From the NCBI GenBank assembly GCA_040285825.1, contig JAUPSS010000004.1:5051784-5115783 (forward strand): a stretch of DNA of 64,000 bases. Direction: 5' to 3'. Numbering within the stretch: position 1 is the first letter of the stretch; the number at the start of each line of letters is the position of its first letter. The DNA is from Eukaryota sp. TZLM1-RC (taxonomy: Eukaryota; Protista; Metamonada: BaSk clade). A model generated the notes under the pieces. It searched no databases. It was not told the DNA's origin and worked only from the letters and a program-made list of their open reading frames with translations. Made by a program: the position numbers and the translations under genes. This document shows, one piece after another, positions 1 to 11,385 of the stretch.

Positions 1-2003
1 AAATAGTGACGGGAACGTTTATTGTAAGAAGAGCCTCTGCCTCTGCCGCGAGTACCTCTTCGACTACGGAAACCAGAACCTCTAGAACTTCTACCTCGAG
101 CTTGTTGTTGAGCTTGTTGCTCTCTCCATTTCTTGCTCCTTTGGCAGTCTTCACTGGGGCACCTTTCGGTCGGATGGCCCTTTTGCTTACAGAAGTTGCT
201 TTGGACATCAGCGGCCTGGGAAGACGATTGTGGTAGGCTTCCTCCTCTCTTACTTTGTTTTGGGCGTTTACCTGGACCAGAACCTCGTGGTCTGGGGATG
301 TCAGGTGGGGAGGGAACGACCATGGGAGGTCGGCGAGAGGCCTGCTGGTGAGTTAATTGGTTCTGATAGGTGAAATCGACATGGTTCAGTTGTTCCATGA
401 ACGATCTGGCGTTACAGAAATTCTCGTATTCAATTTGGAGAACACTAAAGAATTCGCCAAGGGTGTGCCCATCGCATGAGTAGTGGGAGGGAGAGGACCA
501 GATCCTGAGGAGTCTGTCTCTGATAGGGATAATTCCTACGCTTTCTAAGACATGAGTAGCAACTACCCAGTCTGGAAGTCTATCAGCTGGAGGAGTGGAG
601 CTTATGGAGAATGTTCTCAATTGTTGAGAGATGCCCCTAAATTCTTGGATGGCGGTGGAGCGAGTCAGAACTCTGCCTATGTTGACCATGAAGTCAATCC
701 ATCTATTGCCATAATCTCTTTCCGACCAGTCCATGTTGGTTGCGAGGAGAGCTCGATTAGCCTCATCCAGTCTGCTGAATTGGGTTCTTTTTAGAATTTG
801 AGCCCAAATGATGCGTTCATCTCTTGAGGTAGGGACCGTGGGAGAAGAGATAGCTAGGTGAGCACCTTGGTATCGTAGCGCATTTAACACCTCGGGGGTG
901 ACACATTCAGCGAGGCCTCGGGGGTTGATCCTCATGGCTTGGCGGAACAAGTCCCATTCGTGAACTGGTTCTCCAGAGATGTTACCAAAATACTCATCGA
1001 TCGGTGGTTGGGAACCTTCTCTAGCTAGTTCTAATTCTTCACGTAGTCTGGCAACTTCGTTAGCTAGAGCTATCTGGGCTGGATCCTCAACGTTACCTCT
1101 CGTTTCTCTTAGGACTCGGTCGGTACGACTCCAGAGAATGAATTTGTTGACAAACTTTAGGAGTTTATCAGCGTCTCTCAAATCAGAAGCTTCAAGATAC
1201 GGACGTTTAGGACGGTCCCTACGTCTGTCATCTCGATCTCTTGATCCAATCATTGAAGAGAGGAGAAGGCTACTTTCGTATGTGCCCGAGAAAGGTGAAT
1301 GATGTGAGGAAATGGAGGATGTTGAACCTGTCGTGGAAGGTGTAGGTAGGGGTTGAGGAGCTCGACTAACGGGAGTGATGGGAGCAGGTACTGCATCAGA
1401 AGATGTGGTGGGGGTGGGTGATTCGCTGCTCACAGTGACAACGTCGTCGTCAGCTTGTTCCATAGCAGATTGGTTGGGGTTAGAGGTTTCCGTGATAGGA
1501 AATGAATCAGTTTCCATAGGAGGTTGTGGTGATTCAGGAGGTTGAGCGGAGGAAGATGGAGCTTCACTCTGTTGAGGTTCAGGGGAAGGTACTGTCTCTT
1601 CAATCTGGGCTAGAACCTGGTAAGAAGAGATCGCTGGTTGAACCAAGCGTGTTTTCTCTATACGACCTTCTACCATTACCCACTTTAACATCCTGGATTC
1701 TATGCATCCAGGGAAAACGGTGACGAGCTGGAGGGCTCTTTGAAGATTGCCAGATCTTCTGTGGTCAGGACCACAATATGACGCTATATGATCAGGACGT
1801 CTATCATATAGAAAGAGTCTTTCACCATATGTGGTTTCGGTAAACCACCACCCTGTTCTATAATCTCTGTCGATGAGGATATCGAGAGATGCGTTGTACC
1901 CAGGGCTGAACCTAGGGTATGGGCAAGGGTTGTGAACGTTTATGAAGAGGTTGTCTTCATCTCCAGCGAAGCGTCTGAATACTCCTTCTCGAGTAGTTCT
2001 CAT
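1..2003 (-). mobile_element. Gag-like ORF2 of a probable LTR retrotransposon (runs off the window edge)
   Basis: Manual translation: frame open from about 2219 to base 1, with an ATG at 2003. It ends in a degenerate zinc knuckle SNFCKQKGHPTERC (~200-159; first Cys replaced by Ser) and an Arg/Gly-rich nucleocapsid-like tail. It is absent from the ORF track because there is no stop in the window. Confidence 0.7.
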
Positions 2004-3325
2004 GAACCTAACTCCGGGTCTTGGTTCATAAGTTGGTTCAGGGTCATTCCTGGAGGTTTCTGGGGTGATCCTTTCATCGGAAAGAAATGGAGACCAATTC
2101 TGGGAGAGATCCATATTCCTAAGTCGTTCTCGACTTTGGGGCCGTAGAAAGGAGGACGCTTGTTGCTCATCTCCGTGGGAGGGATGGCCTCTGGGTCCTC
2201 TGGAATGACTCGTGTGTCCCTATATCTAGCGTAAGGGTTGTGCTGGCGGGAAGCACCATGATGAACACTTGAGCTAGCATAGGAGCTAGTTTGAGAAGGG
2301 GTGTGTTTAGCAAGTGTAGAGGATGTTCCTCTTCTAGCCTGTAACTCTCTTTCCAGTCTGTTCTTGAGTTTCCAGATTCGATCTTCATGGATGTAACGTT
2401 CTAAATATTTTTCAGAAACCTCACCAGTTTCTCTATCAATTTCAGGAACATGTTCCGTGGGAGGAACCGGAGGTTGAGCTGTGTGAGAAAATTCCCTGGG
2501 AGGTTCCTCATAGTCAACCAGATCTGAGAATAATAGTTCATACCTCTTCCTTTGCTCTTCGGAAAGATGCGAAGGAAAATTTGGTGTGCTAGGAGTGGAA
2601 TCTCTAGCTTGGGGAGGGGAAACAGACAGATTGTTAACTCCTCTTACTGTTGATGTAGTAAGAGGAGATCCTGAAGTTGGGACAGCAGGATTTTGAATAG
2701 TTCTCCTAACAGTTGGAACTGCAGGGAGAAGCTGTTGAGAGTGAGAGGGTGGGACCTCAGAACTGGATGGAAGGGATGAAGATGGTACTTCAATGGCCTT
2801 CTTAGAGGAGGAAGAGGGTTGGTCTTCCAATCCTTCTTTTGCAGTGAGAGAAGGTTGAACAGTCTCTGTGCTCTGAGTAGAAGGTGAAGGTGGTACTTCA
2901 GAACTTCTTCCAGGGAGGGGAGAAGGTGGGACTTCAGATGCCCCCAATTGCGAAGGGGGAAGAGTAGCAACGGAATCCTCAACATCTTCATCGTCGTAGG
3001 AGACTAATGAAGGACTTCTTCCTTCAGAAGGAATAGAATCCTTAGAAGGGTTGTCTCCTTCCGCAGGAACGGAATCCCGAGGAGAGGAACTTCCTTCCAT
3101 TGGAACGGAATCCTCAGGAAGGGAACTATCTTCCCTTGGGGTAGAACCCTCGGGAAGAGTTGCTTCAGGAAGCGCAGAAGCCTCAACCGAAGAAGGAGGC
3201 ACGGAAGCAGGGTCTGTGGTTAGTGGTGAGGAAGAGGGACCAGTCTCTTCCTCAAGGATCCTACGCTGAGCCGGGGACGACCCAATACGTATTGATGGTC
3301 TTGGCTGTTGGTTATTGTCTGACAT
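2000..3325 (-). CDS. Ser/Pro/Glu-rich ORF1, N-terminal part of the same gag-like region
   Basis: 441-aa low-complexity ORF with ~12-aa DS(V/I)P.EG repeats. Its TGA overlaps the ATG of ORF2 (ATGA at 2003-2000) and it shares the elevated GC of ORF2. Confidence 0.6.
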   Translation of the reverse strand: MSDNNQQPRPSIRIGSSPAQRRILEEETGPSSSPLTTDPASVPPSSVEASALPEATLPEGSTPREDSSLPEDSVPMEGSSSPRDSVPAEGDNPSKDSIPSEGRSPSLVSYDDEDVEDSVATLPPSQLGASEVPPSPLPGRSSEVPPSPSTQSTETVQPSLTAKEGLEDQPSSSSKKAIEVPSSSLPSSSEVPPSHSQQLLPAVPTVRRTIQNPAVPTSGSPLTTSTVRGVNNLSVSPPQARDSTPSTPNFPSHLSEEQRKRYELLFSDLVDYEEPPREFSHTAQPPVPPTEHVPEIDRETGEVSEKYLERYIHEDRIWKLKNRLERELQARRGTSSTLAKHTPSQTSSYASSSVHHGASRQHNPYARYRDTRVIPEDPEAIPPTEMSNKRPPFYGPKVENDLGIWISPRIGLHFFPMKGSPQKPPGMTLNQLMNQDPELGS

Positions 3326-3539
3326 ACAATGTGGAGTAACAGAAGTGTAATTTATTACGAAGAGGTATTGTATTCCCTCTTCTTAAGCTAACAGGCGGAA
3401 TACTAATAACTAAACTATTAACTATAAATACTATTCAAGACTAACACTGAGCCCCAAAGCAGAGGTAATTGATTTTCCAAAACCACTCACTCAATCCTCT
3501 TTGAACACCTTGTCGTTTGAGAATTTTTACAGGTATCTC

Positions 3540-5440
3540 ATTGGAATAACTCCCACTTATCAGAAATTGGGAGCAGAAAACAATTTTTTGGTTTCGTAAA
3601 CTCTGACCAATAGTAGAAGAATTTGAGACGAAAAAAGTTTGCTTTTTTGGAAAGAATGATAAATGACCTTGATCCAACTTCGTCCTTAAAATTAGAAAAA
3701 CATGTTAAACTATTTTTGCTCAAAGTGTGCTATACTGGAAGAATAACCGAAATTTTGAAATTTTGTGCTTCTTCCATAGCATTGGATTTTTATCGTTCCT
3801 TTAATTCGTTGAGAACAAAACTTTCCTCTGATTTATTGGATTTAGAACCAGGAATGTTGAAAAGTTACTTATTTTCGGCAATAAATTTTGGTGGTGTTGG
3901 TTTTACAAAATCTTCTTTTTTGTGTCAAGCAGCATTTTTAGGTGGATGCAAGAATTTTATTTTCAAATTTTCTCGTAGATTTCCTGAAAATTCTCATTTG
4001 TTAGTTCCCAGCTGCAGTCCATATTTGAATGAGTTATCTTGTGAACTTGATAGATTGCCACCACATATCTGGACCAAATGTTTTCCCAAATCAATTCAAG
4101 AAAATCCAAACCGATCTCTTGTTAATATGCAGTTTTGCTGTAAAAGCTTCAACAAAAATTGTCAAAGATTTTTGACAGCTTCCATTTTGATGTTGGACTT
4201 GACTTCGTCAAGAAAAAGATTCCCGCTTTTGCAAATCTTTGACAAGCTATGTGTGATAGTACGTGATTTAGTAACAACCATTGCTCAAGTTCATGGCACT
4301 CTTTTAACCGATTCTGCCAGAACTTTGAATATGAAGCCTCGTTCCTGTTTTTGGCATGATAATTTGCTTCATCATTTTATTTGTTAAATTTTAAACATAT
4401 TATGGCAGTAAGCTCTCTATGTCTTCTCGGCCGTGGTAACCAACCAAAGTTGAACATTTATAGACAGCGAGAACTAATACAATTCCTTGATTACTATCAT
4501 TAAATCAATTTAAATCACCAGTTTTTTCAATAACAAAAAAATCAGATGTAATTTCATTCCCTTTTTGGGTCTTGAAAAGTTCATCAGCGATATTTGTTTT
4601 TTCCTCTTTAGTCTAATGGTTTCTAACTCATTTTTTACTTCATTCAGAGTATACAAATTGACACCTATCTCTACTGGTTTGGGTTTTCGTGGTTGTGACA
4701 AGAAAAAGCGAGAAGTTACAAATATTAATGAGTCAGGAAACCAGAAAGAACGAGAATTTATTGAGAATGAGGAATTATATATCGAGAAGATATAGAGAGT
4801 TTACTGTATTTTAGAAGCAATGTACATAAGGCAGTTTGAGATTAATTATATTGTACGTGTAAGTCTTATAGAATTGAATGTTTTTTGGAACTTCTGTTGC
4901 TAAAGCTGTTTGATGGTGATGATTTTCATAAGAAAAATAGTGGTGATGTCAAAATGTCCGGATTGAATGGAACCTTCATTTTAGCATAGTAATGTCTGCT
5001 GACTATCTGTAATGTCTCAAATGAAAGGATTGCTAATTCTGAAATTCATAATCGTTTTTCAAATGCTGAAAATTTCAAATCAAAACATACAGTGAACCAT
5101 TGTCCAAATTGTTCACCCAACAGCATGCAAAATACAATTTGTATCCATTTGTATTTTCTCTATTTGGTTCGCTTGCTCCCACGACTATTCGTTTTTTGGC
5201 AGATTTTGAAATGATTGTAAAGAGAAGAGCCAAACGAAATTTCAACAGATTGTTTTGGCACGATAGAATTGTGTTTTCTATTTTGAAGGGGATGTTGAAA
5301 ATGGTTTCTGATGCTTTGCTTTCTCTTGGATCTCACTATGAGAGAGTTGCATCTAGTGTTTTTGTTTTGGGAGAGATGGATTATTTAGATGCTGATTTGT
5401 ATGTTTTTTTTAAAAAACTGGAATATTTATTGAGATAAAA
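3540..5440 (+). mobile_element. Decayed RLE non-LTR retrotransposon (family B), interrupted at ~4390-4850
   Basis: ORF 3623-4387 is a close homolog of 43366-44244 (KVCYTGRIT...GGVGFTKSSFLCQAAFLGG). ORF 5100-5438 (HAKYNLYPFVFSLFGSLAPT) matches 42964-43350. Confidence 0.85.
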
Positions 5441-6300
5441 ATAACCATCTAGAATTCAATATCCTCCAAACAAGCGTCACTATTACTGAACCTACTCACA
5501 GCATAACGTTCATATTCTACACCAATAGCTAAAAGTGCCCTTGAAATCATTGTAGGAATAGACTTGAAAATGCAAAAAACAATTCTATTTAACCAGAAAG
5601 TGGAGTTCATTGTTTTACCAGACCTATTCAGTAACACTTTTTTAAAATTTTCCAAAAAGTGCAACCTTGAAGGTCCAATATTGCCAAAAAGAGAAATTGC
5701 AAACGGCACAAACTGATATTTCACATGTTCCACTCTACCTAACTGTGCCAAAGGTTCTTCATATTTTTTTATCTTCTTTTTTTTCGGCGTTAGATAACGG
5801 CGAATCAGCGGAATACACTAAACGAGCAGCAGAATTTTTGCAAACATCAACTGAGACAACATCTACAACATTGAGAACACCATCGATCCCTGGAGCTACT
5901 AAATCTGCCCTTCTTTTACCAAAGGAATCATCAGTTTGATCTGAAGACAGCTTACGTACTAGTGGCTCAATAAATGCCTCTATATTGAAACTTTTGCACA
6001 TGGCATATAATTGCTCACGAACTGAGTCATGAACAATTGAGCGATAAGTTATAAAATACTTACAGTTTAAAATATGGGAAAGTGTAACAACACTCTTGCA
6101 GCGACAAATTAAATCATTTGGTAATGAACAAGGCCATAGAAAACATCTCATTCTCATTGCAGTGGTCCATTGGTGATCATTAAGTAGAGGGCCATAAATG
6201 TTGGGAATTTGGGAGATTAGGCAACTTGAGCAACTGTCTTCAAGATCAATCAAAAAGTTTGCAAAAACGGGATTTTTTTCCTTAGCCAAGCTAAGACGTA
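5440..6300 (-). mobile_element. RLE non-LTR retrotransposon 3' fragment (family C)
   Basis: CCHC-type motif CRCK...HILNC, RxxxHD, RLE core RRADLVAPG...VDV...EKK, and the PFAISLFG motif; frameshifted. Confidence 0.85.
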
Positions 6301-6449
6301 CGTAAGATTTGTATGTTGTGTAATAAATATATATATGAAAAAAAAGTTTAATGTTATTACATACCTTTAAATTCCAAATACTTCAAGAAATACTTGAAGA
6401 ATTCCAGTAGTACATACTAGAAATTCGGAATTCCAGGAATAATGGAATT

Positions 6450-6690
6450 CAAAGGTAGGTCTTGGACGTTTTTTCATCTATTGTCAAAAATAGAACTGGA
6501 AGAATATTTGACCGAACGTTTTGGCAAAACCGAATTGCATTTTCTATTTTTGAGGGAATGTATAGTCTTGTTTCTAGGTCGTTGTTATCACTAGGAAAAT
6601 TTTATGAGAAAAAAGCTGTAGGTAAGTTTTCAATAGTAGATGTGGAGTATGAGGAGATTGATTTTTGGTTTTTTAATTTTGCTTAAATAA
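6450..6690 (+). mobile_element. RLE non-LTR 3' end fragment (family D)
   Basis: FWQNRIAFSIF C-terminal motif shared with the other RLE copies; related to 38800-39145 and 60680-60980. Confidence 0.7.
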
Positions 6691-6699
6691 AATATGTAT

Positions 6700-7295
6700 C
6701 GAAAAAAAACGTTCAGGGATATTTTCAGTATCTGATTGCAATGACAACAGAGTGGTCGATGTTACTCAACCTACTGAAATTGGGTTAATGTGAATCCTCA
6801 AAGAGATACACTGAAAGATAAAGTGTATTGGACCTCCATCTATATCAAGGAAGAAGAAAAGCTATACGCTGTAATGGCTTCGACTATTGTATCCGTCGCC
6901 AAAAGAGATTCAGCCATTTTGTCCAGAAAATCAAAGACATGGCTGAAAATCGTGAAGTGATTATTTGGTTTGGTAAAGGAGGTGATGGACCCTGCCGTCA
7001 AAGAGTGAAAACACCAAGAAAGCGTTTTCTGAAGTATCTCATGGCTCGATTTCCAACCGTGAAGGATGGAGATGAATACTACACATCTGCCAAGATGAAC
7101 TGTTGCAAAGTTTTCCATGGCGACCTTTACTTCATAGAGAATGGAGAAAGGAAAAAGTTTAAAGCCTATTTTGCATGTCCAAAATGTGGGATGGTTTGGT
7201 CAAGAGATATATCTGCATCGAGAAACCAGTGGGAGATTGCAGTAAGCGAGTATTTTTTGAACCCAAGACCCCTAGCACTTAGAAGACCTCAATAA
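6700..7295 (+). pseudogene. Fanzor (TnpB-like) C-terminal half, 5'-truncated; lineage B
   Basis: VIIWFGKGG, RuvC-II DEYYTS, zinc-finger cysteines (CC...CPKC), RuvC-III WSRDISASRN and the terminal RPLALRR typical of Fanzor1. Confidence 0.85.
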
Positions 7296-7400
7296 GAGTA
7301 TTCAAATCCGACGTATTTTGATCTAAGCCAATCATCTCATTAAGTTTAGATATGCGGATGTGTCAGATACAGAATGCATTTCCAGTGAAAACCAAAGACA
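7296..7400 (+). ncRNA. Candidate Fanzor omega-RNA scaffold / element right end
   Basis: Hairpin ATCTAAGC(7321-28)/GTTTAGAT(7344-51) inside ATCCG/CGGAT. The 27-nt motif at 7374-7400 is 23/27 identical to the motif downstream of the Fanzor at 46351. Confidence 0.55.
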
Positions 7401-7443
7401 CATCCAAATGAATATGCAATTACTCTGCGTCACTGCCTTTATA

Positions 7444-8202
7444 ATGATGGCTCTGGGCTCTACAGAGTACTTCTACATCAACAATTTAGCTTGTAAGTTA
7501 CAAATTCCCTCGACCACTGCCAAAAATGCTGTTATAATCAGCCATGGTCTGTTTTCACACAAAGAAGACCTATTTATACCCGATATATGCGATGCTCTGG
7601 GTTCCTTTGACATTGCCTGCCTATCTTTTGATTCATCAGGATGTGGAAACTCTTCCGGGAATGCTACATATTCCACAATGCCATCCGATATTAAAGAATT
7701 AAATTCCGTTTATTTAGAACTAGAACAAAGAAATTTTAATGTAATGGCCTTCATTGGTCACAGCAAAGGTGCATGCAATGTTGTCCTTTACGGCTCTCGT
7801 TTTCAATCACCTCCTGTTGTTATTACCATTGCTGGAAGGGGGGATTTCATCAATGAAAAACAAAGATTCAGTGATGAGCAAATGTTGTTATTGGAAACCC
7901 AAGGTTACTTTGATTGGACAACTGCCAGAGGAACCATTCGTGTAACAAAAGATGATTTAAAGAGAAGAAAGAAAATTGATATTTCAAGTGCAATTCAGAA
8001 ATCTAGAAATACAAAGTTTTTGTTTGTCCATGGAACTCGGGATCACACCGTTCCTTTCAATGATGTTTATATTCACTTCAATGCATGCGAAGATGATATG
8101 GACTGCTCGCTCAAAGTTGTTGAAGGAGCTAATCATGGATTTACAAACCATAAGATGGAGTTGATTGAAGGTATTTGTGATTTTATAAAGAGTTTTCTGT
8201 AA
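7444..8202 (+). CDS. Alpha/beta-fold serine hydrolase
   Basis: HG oxyanion motif, GHSKG nucleophile elbow, HGTRDHTVP (Asp) and GANHGF (His). True start is probably ATG 7444/7447 rather than GTG 7360. Confidence 0.88.
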   Translation: MMALGSTEYFYINNLACKLQIPSTTAKNAVIISHGLFSHKEDLFIPDICDALGSFDIACLSFDSSGCGNSSGNATYSTMPSDIKELNSVYLELEQRNFNVMAFIGHSKGACNVVLYGSRFQSPPVVITIAGRGDFINEKQRFSDEQMLLLETQGYFDWTTARGTIRVTKDDLKRRKKIDISSAIQKSRNTKFLFVHGTRDHTVPFNDVYIHFNACEDDMDCSLKVVEGANHGFTNHKMELIEGICDFIKSFL

Positions 8203-8871
8203 TTTTTCGCTCACTTTTTTATCTTTTCATTGTAACTTTTTTCAATTCCCAAACTACTAACTGCAACAAATAGAAATTTGGAAATATTTGCTCAAAAATT
8301 ATGTCTCAAATCATTTGAATCTCGTTCTTCTTAAGTCTGTCAATATGTTCTTAGATGAGCTAATTTTTCTTTTTGTCAATTCATCCACAACATTTAGCAA
8401 TTTGAGAATTTAGTGACAAAAGTTTTCTACACTTCCTATGCTTACAGAAGTTTGTTGATACTTTGAATATTTGCCTCTTTAAATGCTTTTTTACCTGTTT
8501 TGACCTCAGTTTTTACTTCATTACATAGCTTATATAACGTAAAACTATGACTAAGCGATATTGATAAAATTCATTGTATAATCTGCTTGAGTTTCTTTTT
8601 TTTTGTTCTGAGATTACTTTGTCAACTGGCAAATAATGATTAACATTTGAACAAGCTATTATTAAACAAAACAACCAAAAAAGTTGCTAATGTATTCAAT
8701 TTTCGTTGATTTTTCGCCACACAGATTTTTCAAATGTTGCCCTTTTATTTAAACATGTTGTTGAAGGACAAAGATATAAATTCAATCCGAAAATAAATCC
8801 GTAAAGGATTATTGGAAGTTTTTCAGAAATTCATCCCCATATTACAGAACCTTTGATAAACTACTCTTCTC

Positions 8872-9783
8872 ATGCCTTTGCCTTTTACACACGAGCACGT
8901 TGTTGAATGGATACCCCAAATTAGTGCCTTCTTTATCATACTTGCATTGGGTCTTGGTGGTGGTCTTCTTCCCATCAAGATATCGAAATCAAATAATGCC
9001 TCCAGAAGATTGTCCTTTCTTAATGCGTTTACTGGTGGATTGTTCCTTGCTGCGGGTTTGGAGAGCTTTGTGGATGCTGTTGAAGAGTTTGAACACATTC
9101 ATTTCCTCGGCTCAATTGGTCTCGGTCACGCTCCGTGGGCCATGATTTTCGCTCTCCTAGCTGTCATCATTATTGCTGTTGCCGAAACCTGCTTTGTCGA
9201 TGTTCATGATGACACTCTCCTCATTCAACATGATGACGGAAAGAGTGAACTCAAGAAATCTGACCATACTCATGATCACGGTACATCCCCGTTTATTCTA
9301 GTCGTTCTGCTTGCTGTACACTCTGTTCTTGAAGGAACTGCCGTTGGAAGTGCTCATGGAACATCGTTCTATGTCATTGCAACTGCCATATGTGCCCATA
9401 AGTTTTTTGCTGGTTTAGCTTTAGGAACAGCAATTAGTAATGCCAATTACACCGTGTGTAAGCACTTTTCTTTGGTCTTGGTGTTTGCTCTGGCCACTCC
9501 CATTGGTCAGATCATTGGACTGTCGCTGGCCTCTTTCTTGGAAGCCGATGCCGCTGAGATTACTGCTGCCATTTTTGCTGGTCTTGCTGCTGGAACATTT
9601 TCGTGGGTATGATATTGTTGGTTTCTTTCACCTTAGGTTTCGTTATGTGAGATCCTCCATCCAGAATTGATCAAAGGGACTATCAAGGAAAAGCGAATCA
9701 AGGTGCTTCTAGCTGCTTTAGGAATGCTTTCGATTGTTGTTGTTACCTTCATTATGCATGAAAGTGGTGGTCATCACCATTAG
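8872..9783 (+). CDS. ZIP (SLC39) zinc/iron transporter; one intron at 9607-9636
   Basis: Multiple TM helices, His-rich loop, HSVLEG and AHKFFAG motifs. A 30-nt GT-AG intron restores AAGTFSWVSLCEILHPEL...HHH, ending in TAG at 9783. Confidence 0.9.
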
Positions 9784-10692
9784 TAGATGTTCTTATTTCG
9801 TGATAATGTTATAGTGGTTAAGCAATTTATTATATTTATTTATATGTTGATTTATGAGTTTTTCAATAAAAAAATTATTAAAAGGATAATATTTGAATAA
9901 ACATTGTTGTATTATGTCATTTTTGTTCAACCGACAATCTTTGAAATTTTTCAAACTGAAAGTGACCAGAATTCCACCGTCTGCTTCAATCAGCAAGTCT
10001 GTAGAAGCAGAAATTGAGTTTGTGTTGAAATTTTCAATTACTAAGGAGAGTGTTGAAGTTCCAATTTGCAAAATGACATCATGCTTTTTTCCAATAGATC
10101 TTATCCATTCTTTGAATCTTCGTTCTGTAGATCATGTACTCGATCGCCTTTGATTATTGAAGATTTAAACATACAAATTTACAAGAGCACTAAAGATTTG
10201 TTTTCTATGACTATATTTTTGAAAAGCATAGCAACATTGACACATTTTGGGTCAAAAATGAGAACGAAAGCCAAAATGGTTTGAAGCTTTTGAAGATGAA
10301 AGAGAGAAAAATTACAATGGACAAGAGTGACAATGAGCTACTTTATATTGTACATTTTATGTCTAAACAATTTGTTAGACCAATTAAAACATGGCTTAAT
10401 TGATCAATTGGGTTTTCCAAACTTGTACGATGGTCAAGAAAAATTAACAAAAACAGTTAATTAGAAAATACTGTTTCATTCTAAAGTATAAATATAGACT
10501 TGTATAATTTGAGTAACTTGTAGTTTTCATTATGGGAATCTTTTTGAATCTTACTTGTAGTTATTGTCTCCATATCAATCAAGAGTTTCTTATTCATGAA
10601 TAATTAATAACAATAATGGGAATAATATAAAGTTCAATATCATCTATGACCAAAAAATGAGAAACTGTACAAATAAAAAAATCAACTTACAA

Positions 10693-11310
10693 TCAACGAA
10701 ACCTCTTAGAACTATCTCCCCCTGAATAACCCCTCCTTCTAGACCGATCCCCGCCATGTCGGCCGTCATAACGATCCACGCGTTTGCGAGAAGATGATTC
10801 TTTTTCCTTTTCTTCTCGTTCAAATTTAGCTAATATTCTTCTTTTTTCTTCAGTAGAAAGACCTTTCAGCATTTCTTTTATTGATTCTTGCATTTGAACA
10901 GCGGATGAAGAAGTTCTAGACGGGACTGGTTTGATTTCTAGCCTTTCACTCCTTTCTGGTGGTCGTTCTATACTCGATCGTCTTGTTTTATCGTCCTCAA
11001 CAGTACCTGCGATGGGCCTGGTAGTGGATTTGTCCGTGGTGCTGTTCTCCTCTTTCTCCTCTTCAATGAACCCAGGGGGAGGAGCGTACAGAAAGCGAAG
11101 GGACGCTTCGGCTTTGACTTTGTCTTTTTGTTCTTCAGGAGCTTCTAGAAGTTTCATTTCAAGCCAGTGAGTTTCGGCATCAAGTTCCTGTCTTCGCTGT
11201 TGTGCACGGCGTTCTTCAGCCTTGGCAGCTCGTTCAGCTGCATTAACTGCTTCAATGTTGGAATTACGGGCAACATGCCAAGATTTGGAACTAAGAAAGC
11301 TTAAGGACAT
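10693..11310 (-). CDS. CIR1/CWC25-family splicing-associated protein (CIR_N domain)
   Basis: MSLSFLSSKSWHV...NIEAV..AE...E N-terminus and FLYAPPPG motif; ATG at 11310. Confidence 0.75.
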   Translation of the reverse strand: MSLSFLSSKSWHVARNSNIEAVNAAERAAKAEERRAQQRRQELDAETHWLEMKLLEAPEEQKDKVKAEASLRFLYAPPPGFIEEEKEENSTTDKSTTRPIAGTVEDDKTRRSSIERPPERSERLEIKPVPSRTSSSAVQMQESIKEMLKGLSTEEKRRILAKFEREEKEKESSSRKRVDRYDGRHGGDRSRRRGYSGGDSSKRFR

Positions 11311-11385
11311 TGTAAGGAATTGATTGAAAGATGGTTTATTTGACAAAGATTTTAATTTAATCAATTTTTTCAACCCTACACGCCT

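Noticed and set aside
6-1723. Plus-strand short ORFs here and antisense ORFs over host genes
   Set aside because: Shadow frames of real opposite-strand coding sequences.
3445-3540. Primer-binding site (TGGGGCTC, tRNA-Pro-like) and 5' LTR for the left gag element
   Set aside because: The match is short and imperfect, and no CA-ending LTR boundary could be established.
9860-10450. Short ORFs in an AT-rich interval (similar stretches at 4390-4850, 39400-39950 and 59150-59850)
   Set aside because: They look like decayed coding or TE sequence, but no motif could be assigned.
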